Positions 49,527 through 58,557 of a stretch of DNA of 64,000 nucleotides are shown here, piece by piece. Location of the stretch: contig CAYOXX010000001.1 of NCBI GenBank assembly GCA_964408025.1, positions 7,627 to 71,626 on the forward strand. The letters run 5' to 3'. The number at the start of each line of letters is the position of its first letter. Within the stretch, counting starts at the first letter, position 1. The DNA is from an uncultured Acidobacteriota bacterium. GTDB lineage: Bacteria > Acidobacteriota > DATKUA01. The position numbers and the translations under genes were made by a program. The notes beneath the pieces are model-generated. The model was not told where the DNA came from and searched no databases. It was given only the letters and a program-made list of their open reading frames with translations.

Positions 49527-50258
49527 TTATTCGGATGCGGTTTCGCCAGCTTCCGCCCCGCTCTCGGAGCCGCCAAGTTCCTGTATGCGGCGTTCGATCT
49601 CCATGGAGAGCGTGGAGTCGATCATCAGCGTATCGCTGGACTTGGCGAGGTTATAGTAGCGCAAAGCCTCTTGAGTGTCGTCGAGCTCCTCGTAGCAGTT
49701 TCCGGCTTTGAAGGCGAAGTAGGCAACAGGCAGACCGGTGTTGTCCGCATCGGCGACGAGTCTGTAGACCTCGCATGCCCGCTCGTGCTCGCCGCGCCGC
49801 TCGTATACCCTCCCCAGTTCCGCCGCCGCAAACTCCCAGTAAAAAGGGTGCCTGCTGTCGATTACGGCGCGATACTCGGTCTCGGCGGCGTCGTAATCTT
49901 CTCGGGCGGCGTTCACCATACCAAGGTTGAAGCGGGCGATTATCGCGGCGGCGGTACCTCCGTGGTTCTCGGCCACGGATTGTAATTTATCGGCCACCTC
50001 ATCGAGCGCTGCGGCGTCGTCAGCGTTGTCCATGCGGGCATCGAGCAGACCCGCGAGCGCCTCGTTGAGGGCGGCTGCGGCTGCAGTCTCGCGCGACTCG
50101 AGGTACCAAGAGATGCCGAGCCAGCTTACGGCTACGAGGAGGATCGCGCCGACGGTGAAGAGGATCGTCCTGCCGTGCCGCGAGAGAAAATCCTGGGCCA
50201 CGGCTACTGTTTCCAGGAACCTGTCGGTCTTTATATCGTGACGTTCTTTGGCTTTCAT
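49527..50258 (-). CDS. Membrane-anchored TPR protein (YfgM-like)
   Basis: It has an N-terminal TM (TILFTVGAILLVAVSWLGISWYL) followed by TPR-like helices (...AELGRVYERRGEHERACEVY...). Confidence 0.5.
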   Translation of the reverse strand: MKAKERHDIKTDRFLETVAVAQDFLSRHGRTILFTVGAILLVAVSWLGISWYLESRETAAAAALNEALAGLLDARMDNADDAAALDEVADKLQSVAENHGGTAAAIIARFNLGMVNAAREDYDAAETEYRAVIDSRHPFYWEFAAAELGRVYERRGEHERACEVYRLVADADNTGLPVAYFAFKAGNCYEELDDTQEALRYYNLAKSSDTLMIDSTLSMEIERRIQELGGSESGAEAGETASE

Positions 50259-50356
50259 TGCGCTATCGCCTTACTTTCCAATAGTTTCTACGGTCCGCCA
50301 TCAGTGGCGCATGGTAGCGCAGCGCCGGCTGCGGGTCAAGAGAACCTGCTCTACGC

Positions 50357-51922
50357 TCACTCCAGCAGCTTGATCACCACGGCCGTCATGTCGTCGAACT
50401 GCTCGGCGGAACCGATGTGGATTCTTACGTCGGCGATTAGTGTCTCGAGCAGCTCGCGCGGGCTGGCGAAGACGACGGAGGCGAGTATCTCTTCAAGCCT
50501 TTCGTAACCGAATACGGAGCCGCCCTCGTCGAGCGCCTCGACGATGCCGTCCGAATAGTAGACGAGGAAATCGCCGGGCCGCAGCTTTGCCTGCTTGGCG
50601 CTGAATTGCAGGCCGGTCTTGACGGCGAGCGGGTATGAGATCGACTCCAGCGGGATCAGGTCCGGCCGGTTGCCGCGCAGAAGATAGGTGAACGGGTGGC
50701 CGGCGTTGGAGTAGCGGATGGTCATCCTCTGCAGATCGATAACTGAGTAGAATAGAGTGACCATCGAGCGCGGCTCGCTGAGTTTGTAGAGAATGTCGTT
50801 CATCGAGGACATCGTGCGGTCGATATCTGCCTGGAAGGCGATCTGCGTGTGCAGGCAGCCCTTGGTGATCGCCATCAGCAGGCCGGCGCTCATACCGTGG
50901 CCGGAGACGTCGCCGATGACGACACCTAACCTGTCGTCGCCGAAGGTGAGGTAATCATAGAAGTCGCCTCCGACCTCTGTCGCCGGCTCGAAGTAGGTCT
51001 CGACCTCGAGGCGGGCGTGCTCGGGCATCCGACGCGGCAGCAGGTTGTGCTGGACCTCGCGGGCGATCTGGAACTCACGCTTGATCTTCTCCTTCTCGCG
51101 CAGACCTTCCGTCATGTAGTTGAAGGTGCTGGCCAGCGTTCCGATTTCGTCCCGGCCGGTTATCTCTATGCGCTGCTCGAGATCGCCAGCCGAGACGCGC
51201 TTCATCGCCTCCTCGAGCACCTTGATCGGCTTCGATATGGCGCCGCCCAGAAATACGGAGGCCAGGACGCCGATCACGATGTAGACGGCGAAGATGCCGA
51301 GGTTGATCGCGATCGCCTGGAAGATCTCCCCCCTCAAGCCGATGGTGCTGAAGCCGAGCACGATGGCATTGAGCTCCTCGCTGTCTTCGCCGACGAGGTT
51401 GGTGACGACGATCATCAGGTTGTTGCCGGCCTCGTGAATACGGCGTCGGAGCAGCTTGTCGATGAACTCTACCTCGTCCTCGGGAGTCTCGATCATGCGC
51501 GTCTCCTCGACCTCCCGACCACCCTCGGTTCTGACGACGGCGTACGAGCTGACGATGGTCCTGTTGACGGCGGCCGCGAGTATCTGGCCGCGCCGGTTGA
51601 GGAAGGAGACGAAGACGATATCCTGGGCCAGCTCTTCCTGACCCAGGAAGCGGCGCAGCAGCCGCTGGACTTCAGAGTAGTTGGTTCTCCGCTCGGCGAG
51701 GATGTTGAAGCTGAGAATAGTTTTGGCCACCGTCTCGGCCCTGCGGCCCATCTCCCTTTCACGCAGTCTGCGGTCGCGCTCGATCTGCAGGTAGCCGATA
51801 GACAGCAGGATGGCGACGAGCAGGAAGACCACGAGGACCGTGATCTTGGTCTTCAAGCTGAAGGCCTTGCGCCCGATGAAAAATAGTGGCCTTTTTTTCA
51901 CTCGCAAGTCGTTTGCCGCCAT
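50357..51922 (-). CDS. HAMP-domain PP2C-type serine phosphatase (SpoIIE/RsbU-like)
   Basis: It has an N-terminal TM and a HAMP domain (KVLEEAMKRVSAGDLEQRIEITGRDEIGTLASTFNYM). The PP2C motifs are GGDFYDY and DVSGHG, and C-terminal metal-binding Asp residues are present. Confidence 0.75.
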   Translation of the reverse strand: MAANDLRVKKRPLFFIGRKAFSLKTKITVLVVFLLVAILLSIGYLQIERDRRLREREMGRRAETVAKTILSFNILAERRTNYSEVQRLLRRFLGQEELAQDIVFVSFLNRRGQILAAAVNRTIVSSYAVVRTEGGREVEETRMIETPEDEVEFIDKLLRRRIHEAGNNLMIVVTNLVGEDSEELNAIVLGFSTIGLRGEIFQAIAINLGIFAVYIVIGVLASVFLGGAISKPIKVLEEAMKRVSAGDLEQRIEITGRDEIGTLASTFNYMTEGLREKEKIKREFQIAREVQHNLLPRRMPEHARLEVETYFEPATEVGGDFYDYLTFGDDRLGVVIGDVSGHGMSAGLLMAITKGCLHTQIAFQADIDRTMSSMNDILYKLSEPRSMVTLFYSVIDLQRMTIRYSNAGHPFTYLLRGNRPDLIPLESISYPLAVKTGLQFSAKQAKLRPGDFLVYYSDGIVEALDEGGSVFGYERLEEILASVVFASPRELLETLIADVRIHIGSAEQFDDMTAVVIKLLE

Positions 51923-51984
51923 ACCGGGTGGTTGCTAGCTATAAAGACGCTCAAAACGCCCGACAGTTCTACGGCGGGCAGTAA

Positions 51985-52488
51985 TCACCTGCTCTCGCCT
52001 CCAACTCTCTCGCGTATCGATTCGATGTTGGTCCTGCTCAGGGTTACCAACGCCAGCGGTTCCGACGGGGAATCGTGCAGCCGCTCGTAAACTCGAATCA
52101 CTACTTCGCCGCTGTCCAGCGGCTGATTATCATAGATTATGGCCTCGATGCGGGCAAGGAATCTTTGGGGATCGTCGATCCTCTGCGGGCTCTCCGCAGT
52201 CACGGAGAGCAGGCGGATGCGGCCCTCGCCCTCGAGCTGCACGGAGAACTCGCATTCCGGCATCTCCTCCAGTAGAACCCGCTCGAGGCCGGAGCTGGCA
52301 GGGCTCGAGAGGAATGATCTGATGGGGCCCCAGAAGCGGGAGAGCAGCAACGCTACGAGCGCAAGCACCAAGCTCAGGACCATGACGACGGTGTTGCGTC
52401 GATAGGTACGGCGAAGCCTCTCGTCGCCCTCGCGGTGATTACTGCTGCCCCCGGACTGCCTCGTCCAAGGCATCTCTCGTTCCCCCAA
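51985..52488 (-). CDS. Hypothetical single-TM membrane protein
   Basis: The ORF has one TM (VVMVLSLVLALVALLL). It has no recognisable domain and sits between the PP2C phosphatase and the bactofilin gene. Confidence 0.4.
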   Translation of the reverse strand: MGEREMPWTRQSGGSSNHREGDERLRRTYRRNTVVMVLSLVLALVALLLSRFWGPIRSFLSSPASSGLERVLLEEMPECEFSVQLEGEGRIRLLSVTAESPQRIDDPQRFLARIEAIIYDNQPLDSGEVVIRVYERLHDSPSEPLALVTLSRTNIESIRERVGGESR

Positions 52489-52598
52489 GGACCGTCGGTA
52501 TCATCGGCCCTCAAGAATATCACAGACTCGGGTCGGCGATTGCTCGATTCTTCAAGCTTGTCCGCTGGATTGCGAAACAGGACGCCTTGCTGGCCTTC

Positions 52599-53102
52599 TC
52601 AGTTCAAGGGCGGCCGGCCCTGGGTAGCTCGCTTACTCGTATCGCTTATTAGGTCGAAACGTTTCTCTTTTTCTTCCGTCGCCGGCCTTTCCACCGCGGC
52701 GCTCTTCTGGGTCATGTCGATGTTGCCGCGGAAGTGGGCACCTTCGTTGATCATCAGTTTGGGCGAGTGTATGTTGCCCTCTATCGAGCCTGTCGGCTCG
52801 ATGGCGACGCGATCCGTCGCCACTACGTCTCCTATTATCTTGCCGTGAACGTTGAGTGTGGTGGCCGTCACGTCGGCTTGCACTTGCCCGTTCTTGCCGA
52901 CCGTGACGGTATTCTTTACGGTGATGCTTCCTTCAATCTGCCCGTCGATGACAAGATGGTCGTTTGAAGAGATCTTTCCGCGGATTACGGTCCCGTTGCT
53001 CAGTACGGTGCGTTGCTTCGATGGCTGCGTCTCGGCTTCCAGCGGCTGCAGCCTGCCCGAGCCTGAGTGTTCCTTAGGCTTCCCAAATATGCTCACAACC
53101 AT
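52599..53102 (-). CDS. Bactofilin (CcmA family) cytoskeletal protein
   Basis: Repetitive beta-helical ...VIRGKISSNDHLVIDGQIEGSI.V...VTVGKNGQVQADV...LNVHGKIIGDVV...IEPTGSIEGNI... is the bactofilin DUF583 pattern. The start was trimmed to MVVSIFGK (GGGGAG RBS) because the longer ORF would overlap the tRNA. Confidence 0.7.
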   Translation of the reverse strand: MVVSIFGKPKEHSGSGRLQPLEAETQPSKQRTVLSNGTVIRGKISSNDHLVIDGQIEGSITVKNTVTVGKNGQVQADVTATTLNVHGKIIGDVVATDRVAIEPTGSIEGNIHSPKLMINEGAHFRGNIDMTQKSAAVERPATEEKEKRFDLISDTSKRATQGRPPLN

Positions 53103-53144
53103 CTCCCCGAGTAGGATTTCCTTTAAATTCGTCCGAGAAGCAAT

Positions 53145-53220
53145 TGGAGCGGGCAACGGGGCTCGAACCCGCGACCTCAAGCTTGGGAAGCTCGCGCTCT
53201 ACCAGCTGAGCTATGCCCGC
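53145..53220 (-). tRNA. tRNA-Gly (anticodon CCC)
   Basis: Minus strand: GCGGGCATAGCTCAGCTGGTAGAGCGCGAGCTTCCCAAGCTTGAGGTCGCGGGTTCGAGCCCCGTTGCCCGCTCCA. I folded it manually. The 7-bp acceptor stem, D, anticodon (loop TTCCCAA) and T arms all pair. U73 and an encoded CCA are present. Confidence 0.85.
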
Positions 53221-53324
53221 CGGACAACACGAAAAGCGTACACGCACTCGCCGGTGGTGTCAAGCTGCTCTGCCGCTTCGGCGCCGCTGCTGTTGCCCAA
53301 CCCGCTTCTCCTGTCGTCGGGTTG

Positions 53325-53768
53325 CTACCTCCGCGCAAAATAGTCGTCGAGGATGCGGGCGTGGTCGAAGGCGAGCTTGTCGGGCAGTTCTACCCGGCTG
53401 AAAAGGCCGATGCGTGCGGCGTCGTCGCCGGCCCTGGGTTCGCCTTGGGCCGTAGCCGTGAAGACCGTCGAGATCGTGTGCTGCCGCGGATCCCTGTCGG
53501 GATCTGAGTACACACCCAGGAGTCCGGTGAGCTCGACGTGGAGAGATGTCTCTTCCAGCGCTTCCCGCACGGCGGCCGCCTCCGCGGACTCGCCGTAGTC
53601 GATGAAACCGCCCGGCAGTGCCCATCCCGGCGGAGGATTGCGGCGCTCGATGAGCACGATCTTGCGCCCCGCCTTTCCGGGAGCTTCTATCTCGATTACG
53701 ACGTCCACGGTCGGCACGGGATTGCGATAGCGGTCTATTTCCGCTCCGCAACGTGGGCACTTAGGCAT
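53325..53768 (-). CDS. NUDIX hydrolase with N-terminal zinc ribbon
   Basis: The Nudix box reads [24 protein letters not shown]. The N-terminal Zn ribbon reads CPRCGAEI. Confidence 0.8.
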   Translation of the reverse strand: MPKCPRCGAEIDRYRNPVPTVDVVIEIEAPGKAGRKIVLIERRNPPPGWALPGGFIDYGESAEAAAVREALEETSLHVELTGLLGVYSDPDRDPRQHTISTVFTATAQGEPRAGDDAARIGLFSRVELPDKLAFDHARILDDYFARR

Positions 53769-53807
53769 GCTGTTCTCCGCCCCTCCCCCCCGGCGGAAGG
53801 ATGATGG

Positions 53808-54224
53808 TTAAGTCCCACCCTCCGGTTGGCACAGCTCTATCAGCACGCCGCCGGTTGACGCGGGGTGCAGGAAGGCGATGAGGGAGCCGTGCGCTCCGGC
53901 CACGGGCTCGCGGTTTATGAGGCGGATTCCGCTTTCGCTGCAGCGCTTGAGCGCAATTTCGATATCGCCAACGCGAAACGCGATGTGGTGGAATCCCTCG
54001 CCCCGCTTGCGGATGTGCTCCGCGATAGGTCCGTCCTGGGTGGTGGATTCCAGCAGCTCGACCGCGGTCTCCCCTACCCTGAACAGCGCGATGCGGGCTT
54101 TCTGGCCGGGAACTTCTTCGGTGCCCAGGTGATCCAAACCGAGGACGTCGCGGTAGAGCGGCATCGCATCGTCGATGCTGGCGACGGCGATGCCGACGTG
54201 ATCTAAACCTGTAATTTGCGGCAT
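53808..54224 (-). CDS. mce: Methylmalonyl-CoA epimerase (VOC/glyoxalase family)
   Basis: MPQITGLDHVGIAVASIDDAMPLYRDVLGL...HHIAFRV...VLIELCQ is the typical MCE pattern. Confidence 0.75.
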   Translation of the reverse strand: MPQITGLDHVGIAVASIDDAMPLYRDVLGLDHLGTEEVPGQKARIALFRVGETAVELLESTTQDGPIAEHIRKRGEGFHHIAFRVGDIEIALKRCSESGIRLINREPVAGAHGSLIAFLHPASTGGVLIELCQPEGGT

Positions 54225-54239
54225 GGAGACCAAGACCGG

Positions 54240-54887
54240 TCAGCGGGGCGGCAGCGTCTTCAGCCTGTGCTTCAGGATGGCCAGGCCAAACGCCAGATTC
54301 TCGTTCTTGATAATCACGCTCTCGGGCACCTCCAGGTTGATGGGAGCGAAGTTCCAGATGGCTTTGATGCCACTCCTGACCATGACATCGGTAACTTCCT
54401 GGGCGCCGGGTGCCGGCAGGGTGAGTATCCCGACAGGGATGCTCTGTTCCTTGATGTACTGGCCGACGGTATTGACGTCCTGGATGACCCGCCCCTGGAT
54501 GTGGGTACCAATTTTGGCCGGGTCGGCGTCGAATACCGCCTTGATGCGAAGCCCGTAGTTGGCGAATCCGCCGTACTGTACAATCGCCGTCCCGAGGTGG
54601 CCGACACCTACCAGTACCGCGTCCTCGACACTGCGGAGGCCGAGGAAATCCTCGATCGTATCCATCAGCTGCGAGATCTCGTAACCGACCTTGGGCTTGC
54701 CGGTGTGGCCTATCGAAGTCAGGTCCTTGCGCACCTGTGTAGCTTCGACGTAAGTCTGCAACGAGAGCTTGAGCGAGGAGACGTGGCGGACGCCCTGCTT
54801 GCGCAGGTAGGATATATACTGGTAATAACGTGGAAGACGCTGGATAGTCTGGACCGAAACCTTCCTTTTTCCACCACCTCGCTTCAT
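54240..54887 (-). CDS. rex: Redox-sensing transcriptional repressor Rex
   Basis: The N-terminal winged helix reads RLPRYYQYISYL. The Rossmann NADH-binding motif reads GVGHLGTA. Confidence 0.85.
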   Translation of the reverse strand: MKRGGGKRKVSVQTIQRLPRYYQYISYLRKQGVRHVSSLKLSLQTYVEATQVRKDLTSIGHTGKPKVGYEISQLMDTIEDFLGLRSVEDAVLVGVGHLGTAIVQYGGFANYGLRIKAVFDADPAKIGTHIQGRVIQDVNTVGQYIKEQSIPVGILTLPAPGAQEVTDVMVRSGIKAIWNFAPINLEVPESVIIKNENLAFGLAILKHRLKTLPPR

Positions 54888-55103
54888 AAGGACCCCCTTG
54901 GCCGCCAAGCACTAGCCTAGCTTAAGGTGTTATATTCGCTACTGAAGTCGCAATTCAAGAGTATAAACGTTTATGAACGGATGTCAAGAAAGATTTTGCT
55001 GGCTATATTTCCGGCTGCAGGGAGCAGTCGGCGGGCTTGAGAATTGCTGTTCGGTAGTTCGCCATCCGAAGCTACGGATACATCTGCTCGCGCGTCGGCT
55101 GAT

Positions 55104-56336
55104 CTAGATGATGCCCAGTGCCTGCAACAGGTAGCGGCCGCTGAGGGCTACCACGACGAGCAGAACGGCCATCGCCACTACATTCATCGGCATAGAATTA
55201 GCCATGTTGCCGAGTCGCCTCCTGTTGTTCAGTGCGACGATGAGGAATACAGCCGCTACCGGGAGTATCACCGCGTTCAGAGCTTGGGCGGCGACTATCA
55301 GGAGTACGGGATTGGCACTTAGCAGGGCGAAGGCCATCCCTACCGCCATGACCGCGATCCAGGTCGTCCTGAAGCGCTTGCTGCGCGAATCCTGAGGCCA
55401 GCCGGCCGCTCCGGACACGGTGTAAGCTGCGGCCAGCGGCGCCGTAATGGACGAGGTCATCCCCGCTGCCCAGAGGCCGACTCCGAAAACCGCCGCGCCG
55501 GCGTCGCCCAGCATGATCCTCAGCGGTTCAGCCACCGAGTCGATCCCGCTGATCCCCTCTCCCTTCATCGCCCCGGCTGCCGTGATCATTATTCCCGCCG
55601 AGACGGCTATGCCGATGCCCACGGCGAACAGAACATCCAGCCGCGCAGTGCGCAGCGCCCCGCGTCCGGTGCCCCACTTTTCCCCCACTATCCTCGAGTG
55701 CAGAAAGAGGTTGTAGGGAACGACGGTCGTTCCGATCAGCGCCAGCACTGTCAGCAGCCCAGCCTCTGGAATGACGGGTGTGAGCAGCCCCGATGCCAGT
55801 TGCGGCACTCGCGGCGCGAAGACTACCGCGGTGACGACAAAGCACATGCTCATAACCGCCACCAGTGCGATCAGAACGCGCTCGATGGCCTTGTAGCGGC
55901 CGGTCCAGAGCAGCACCGCTCCTACGGCGCACTGCAGCAGCGCCCAAGCGCGCAGGTCGCCGCCCATGAGAGCCGAGAGGCCGGCGGCCCCTCCGACGAG
56001 GTTGCCGGCTTGGTAGGCGGCGCAGCCGATCAGTATCGCGCCCGCCACCAGGAAACCGGCTGCGGCACGCAGCCATCTGTTGCCCGAAGATTCACGCAGC
56101 ATCTGCGCTAGGTCCTTGCCGGTCGACAATCCGAGGCGCATCGACATCTCCTGCAGAACCAGCACCGTGATCCCGGCGAAAAGCAGCGTCCACAGCAGCG
56201 CCGGACCGAACGCCGCTCCGGCGGCCGTGCAGGTGATCACGGTGCCCGGTCCGATAAAGGCGGCGGTGATCACCAAGCCTGGACCGAAACGTCCGGCGCG
56301 GGAGCTGTCCTTACCAGCGGTTTCTTCGCTAGCCAT
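55104..56336 (-). CDS. NRAMP-family divalent metal (Mn2+/Fe2+) transporter
   Basis: 410 aa, ~11 TM. The conserved ...AAFIGPGTVITCTAAGA... corresponds to the Nramp DPGN region, and the later ...VVPYNLFLHS... is also conserved. Confidence 0.7.
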   Translation of the reverse strand: MASEETAGKDSSRAGRFGPGLVITAAFIGPGTVITCTAAGAAFGPALLWTLLFAGITVLVLQEMSMRLGLSTGKDLAQMLRESSGNRWLRAAAGFLVAGAILIGCAAYQAGNLVGGAAGLSALMGGDLRAWALLQCAVGAVLLWTGRYKAIERVLIALVAVMSMCFVVTAVVFAPRVPQLASGLLTPVIPEAGLLTVLALIGTTVVPYNLFLHSRIVGEKWGTGRGALRTARLDVLFAVGIGIAVSAGIMITAAGAMKGEGISGIDSVAEPLRIMLGDAGAAVFGVGLWAAGMTSSITAPLAAAYTVSGAAGWPQDSRSKRFRTTWIAVMAVGMAFALLSANPVLLIVAAQALNAVILPVAAVFLIVALNNRRRLGNMANSMPMNVVAMAVLLVVVALSGRYLLQALGII

Positions 56337-56484
56337 AGTAGCCGGCCTCGTTCATCCATCTTACCGACAGAAGCACACTACGTGCGGAGAATGCGGGCCC
56401 CGCTGCCTCAATATGAGTCGGACGCGTCTCTCGGCGAAACCCGATCACAGAGGATAGCCTCGATCCTCGCCCGGGGCAATCGGG

Positions 56485-56519
56485 GAAAAGAGAAAAGAGA
56501 AAAGAGAAAAGAGAAAAGA
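56485..56519. repeat. Heptanucleotide microsatellite (GAAAAGA)x5 within a ~44-nt pure polypurine tract
   Basis: The tract reads GGGGAAAAGAGAAAAGAGAAAAGAGAAAAGAGAAAAGAGAGGAAG. It is non-coding, ~150 nt upstream of the nramp start. It lies on the far side of the long hdr leader. Confidence 0.85.
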
Positions 56520-56668
56520 GAGGAAGCTCTTGTTCGCACCCCCAAGCGCTCGATAGAGCGCTGCTGCGTTGCCGAGGCGCCGTAGCAACGAGACCGGTAT
56601 TCATTTGAAGGTTGGTCGAGAATTTGTGCGAAAAGATGACATATCGGTCGCGTTCTGATATTTCAGGG

Positions 56669-56697
56669 TTGACATATCACGGGATCACGGTTTAAAT
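56669..56697 (+). promoter_or_regulatory. Candidate sigma70 promoter far upstream of hdrCBA
   Basis: A perfect TTGACA, a 17-nt spacer containing a direct repeat of ATCACGG, then TTAAAT. It is ~390 nt upstream of the hdrC GTG, which implies a long 5' leader. Confidence 0.3.
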
Positions 56698-57090
56698 AAG
56701 CAGTGCAGTGGCAATATTGGATGCTGGTGCATAAGGGACTCTAGGCATCACGAAAAGGGATGAAGAGATGGCGCTTCTATCGCGGTTCGATAATCCAGGT
56801 GGATTTGTGATCTCGAGAGAGCGCGTTTAACCTGGTTCTCAGACCACGCGAGCGGCGTTTTAGTTGGCAATAATAGGAAATTCGAGCGCAGCCACATCAG
56901 CGGTGTCGCAGTTGGACGCTTGGGCATATTCCGCTTCGGCTTGCCTAATTAAGGTCAGTGCTTTGTGGGAGCAGCGGTCGAGGAGTTCAATCGTTACTCC
57001 CAAGCTTAACAAGTCGAGCAGCGAAGCTTGCTGCACTGAAGAGAATTCGAGGTTCATTCGCTGATAATCATTAATTGAGAGGAGGCTCGA

Positions 57091-57681
57091 GTGGCTACCG
57101 TCAGGGGAATAAAACTCGAACAGTCGATGAAACTCGACTTCATGGATGAAGTTTACGCCTTGCCGGGCGGTGACAAGGTGAAGGACTGCATCCAGTGCGG
57201 GACATGCAGCGGTAGCTGCCCCGTCGCCGACAGGATGGAGCACTCCCCGCGGCAGATCTTCGCGATGATCCGCGCCGGGATGCGGGAGGAGGTCCTGAGC
57301 AGCAATACCGTTTGGATTTGCGCTTCGTGCTACACCTGCCCGGTGCGCTGCCCCAAGGAGATCAAGATCGCCGACCTCTTCTACTCGATCAAGAGGATCG
57401 CCATTCGCGAGGGCAAGGCTGGCAAGAACAAGGCGGCAGCTCTTAGCTCCAGCTTCGCCAGGCAGGTGAACAAGTACGGCCGCAACAACGAGATCCGCTT
57501 ATTGATCGATTACTTCCTGCGCGCTGACTTCTGGGGCTGGATCAAGCAGCTGCCGATAGGATGGAAGCTGCTGAGCAAGGGCCGCCTGCCGCTGCTGGCC
57601 AAGAAGATCAAGGGTATGCGCCAGGTCAGGACGATAATCAAAAAGGTGCACGCCATGCAGAACAACGGAGGTCCGAGATGA
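57091..57681 (+). CDS. hdrC: Heterodisulfide reductase subunit C (2x[4Fe-4S] ferredoxin-like)
   Basis: It has two Cys motifs, CIQCGTCSGSCP and CASCYTCPVRCP. It has a GTG start with GAGAGGAGG upstream. hdrB overlaps it by 4 nt. Confidence 0.8.
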   Translation: MATVRGIKLEQSMKLDFMDEVYALPGGDKVKDCIQCGTCSGSCPVADRMEHSPRQIFAMIRAGMREEVLSSNTVWICASCYTCPVRCPKEIKIADLFYSIKRIAIREGKAGKNKAAALSSSFARQVNKYGRNNEIRLLIDYFLRADFWGWIKQLPIGWKLLSKGRLPLLAKKIKGMRQVRTIIKKVHAMQNNGGPR

Positions 57682-58547
57682 AGTACACCTACTACCCCGG
57701 TTGCAGCTGCGAGCATTCCGCGAGGATGTACGACGTCTCCACCCGCGCCGTTTTCGAGCACCTGGGGGCGGAGCTGATCGAGCTCGATGACTGGAATTGC
57801 TGCGGCGCCACCGCTTACATGAGCGTCGAGGAGCTGATGAGCTTCTGTATCAGCGCCCGCAACCTGGCGATGGCCGAGGGGCTCGAGCGCGACATGGTGA
57901 CCCCGTGTAGCGGCTGCTACGTCACCCTCAACAAGACCCACAGCTACTACAACGAATACCCCGAGCTGCGCGAGAAGGTAGACGAGACTCTCGATGCCGT
58001 CGGCCTGAAGTACAACGGCACGCAGAGTGTCCGCCACGCTCTCGACCCGCTGGTCAACGACATCGGGCTGGAGGCGATCGCCGAGAAGGTTACCAGGCCT
58101 CTGAAGGGCCTGAAGGTGGCGCCGTATTACGGCTGCCAGATCGTACGCCCCTTCACCGATCTGGACGACCCAGACTATCCGATGATGATGGATCGGTTGC
58201 TTGAGACCTTGGGGGCGACTGTTGTGGCCTTCGAGTACAAGACAAAATGCTGCGGCGGCGCCCAGATGGGCACGAATCAGGATCTGGCATTACGGCTGGT
58301 AAGGAACATCCTGCTATGCGCCCAGAGAGCGGGCGCCGACCTCATCTGTACCACTTGCCCTCTGTGCCAGATGAATCTCGAGGCCTATCAGGGCACCGTC
58401 AACAGGCGCTTCAAGCTCGATTTCAACATTCCGGTTGTCTACTTCACCCAGCTCACCGCCGTCGCCATGGGCCTGCCGGAAAAGGTAGTAATGCCCGAGA
58501 AGCATATCGTGCCTTTCAAGGACAAGCTGGCCGCGGTCGCGGGTTAA
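57678..58547 (+). CDS. hdrB: Heterodisulfide reductase subunit B (two CCG domains)
   Basis: It starts MKYTYYPGCS. The CCG domain motifs are WNCCGATAY, CSGC, YYGCQ, KCCGG and TCPLCQ. Confidence 0.85.
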   Translation: MKYTYYPGCSCEHSARMYDVSTRAVFEHLGAELIELDDWNCCGATAYMSVEELMSFCISARNLAMAEGLERDMVTPCSGCYVTLNKTHSYYNEYPELREKVDETLDAVGLKYNGTQSVRHALDPLVNDIGLEAIAEKVTRPLKGLKVAPYYGCQIVRPFTDLDDPDYPMMMDRLLETLGATVVAFEYKTKCCGGAQMGTNQDLALRLVRNILLCAQRAGADLICTTCPLCQMNLEAYQGTVNRRFKLDFNIPVVYFTQLTAVAMGLPEKVVMPEKHIVPFKDKLAAVAG

Positions 58548-58557
58548 GGAGGATAGC

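Noticed and set aside
54888-55103. Search for Rex operator boxes (TTGTGAA-N6-TTCACAA) near rex, hdrC and hydC.
   Set aside because: I found no convincing palindromic match by eye. I did see TTGTGCGAAAAGATGACA near 56620 and ATTTGTGATCTCGAG near 56790, but neither has a proper inverted half-site. A computational scan is needed.
56329-56604. 91-aa minus-strand ORF covering the heptamer repeat (translation contains FSLFSFLFSLF).
   Set aside because: The peptide repeat is just the microsatellite read in frame. It has no start context and overlaps the nramp 5' end. It is treated as non-coding.
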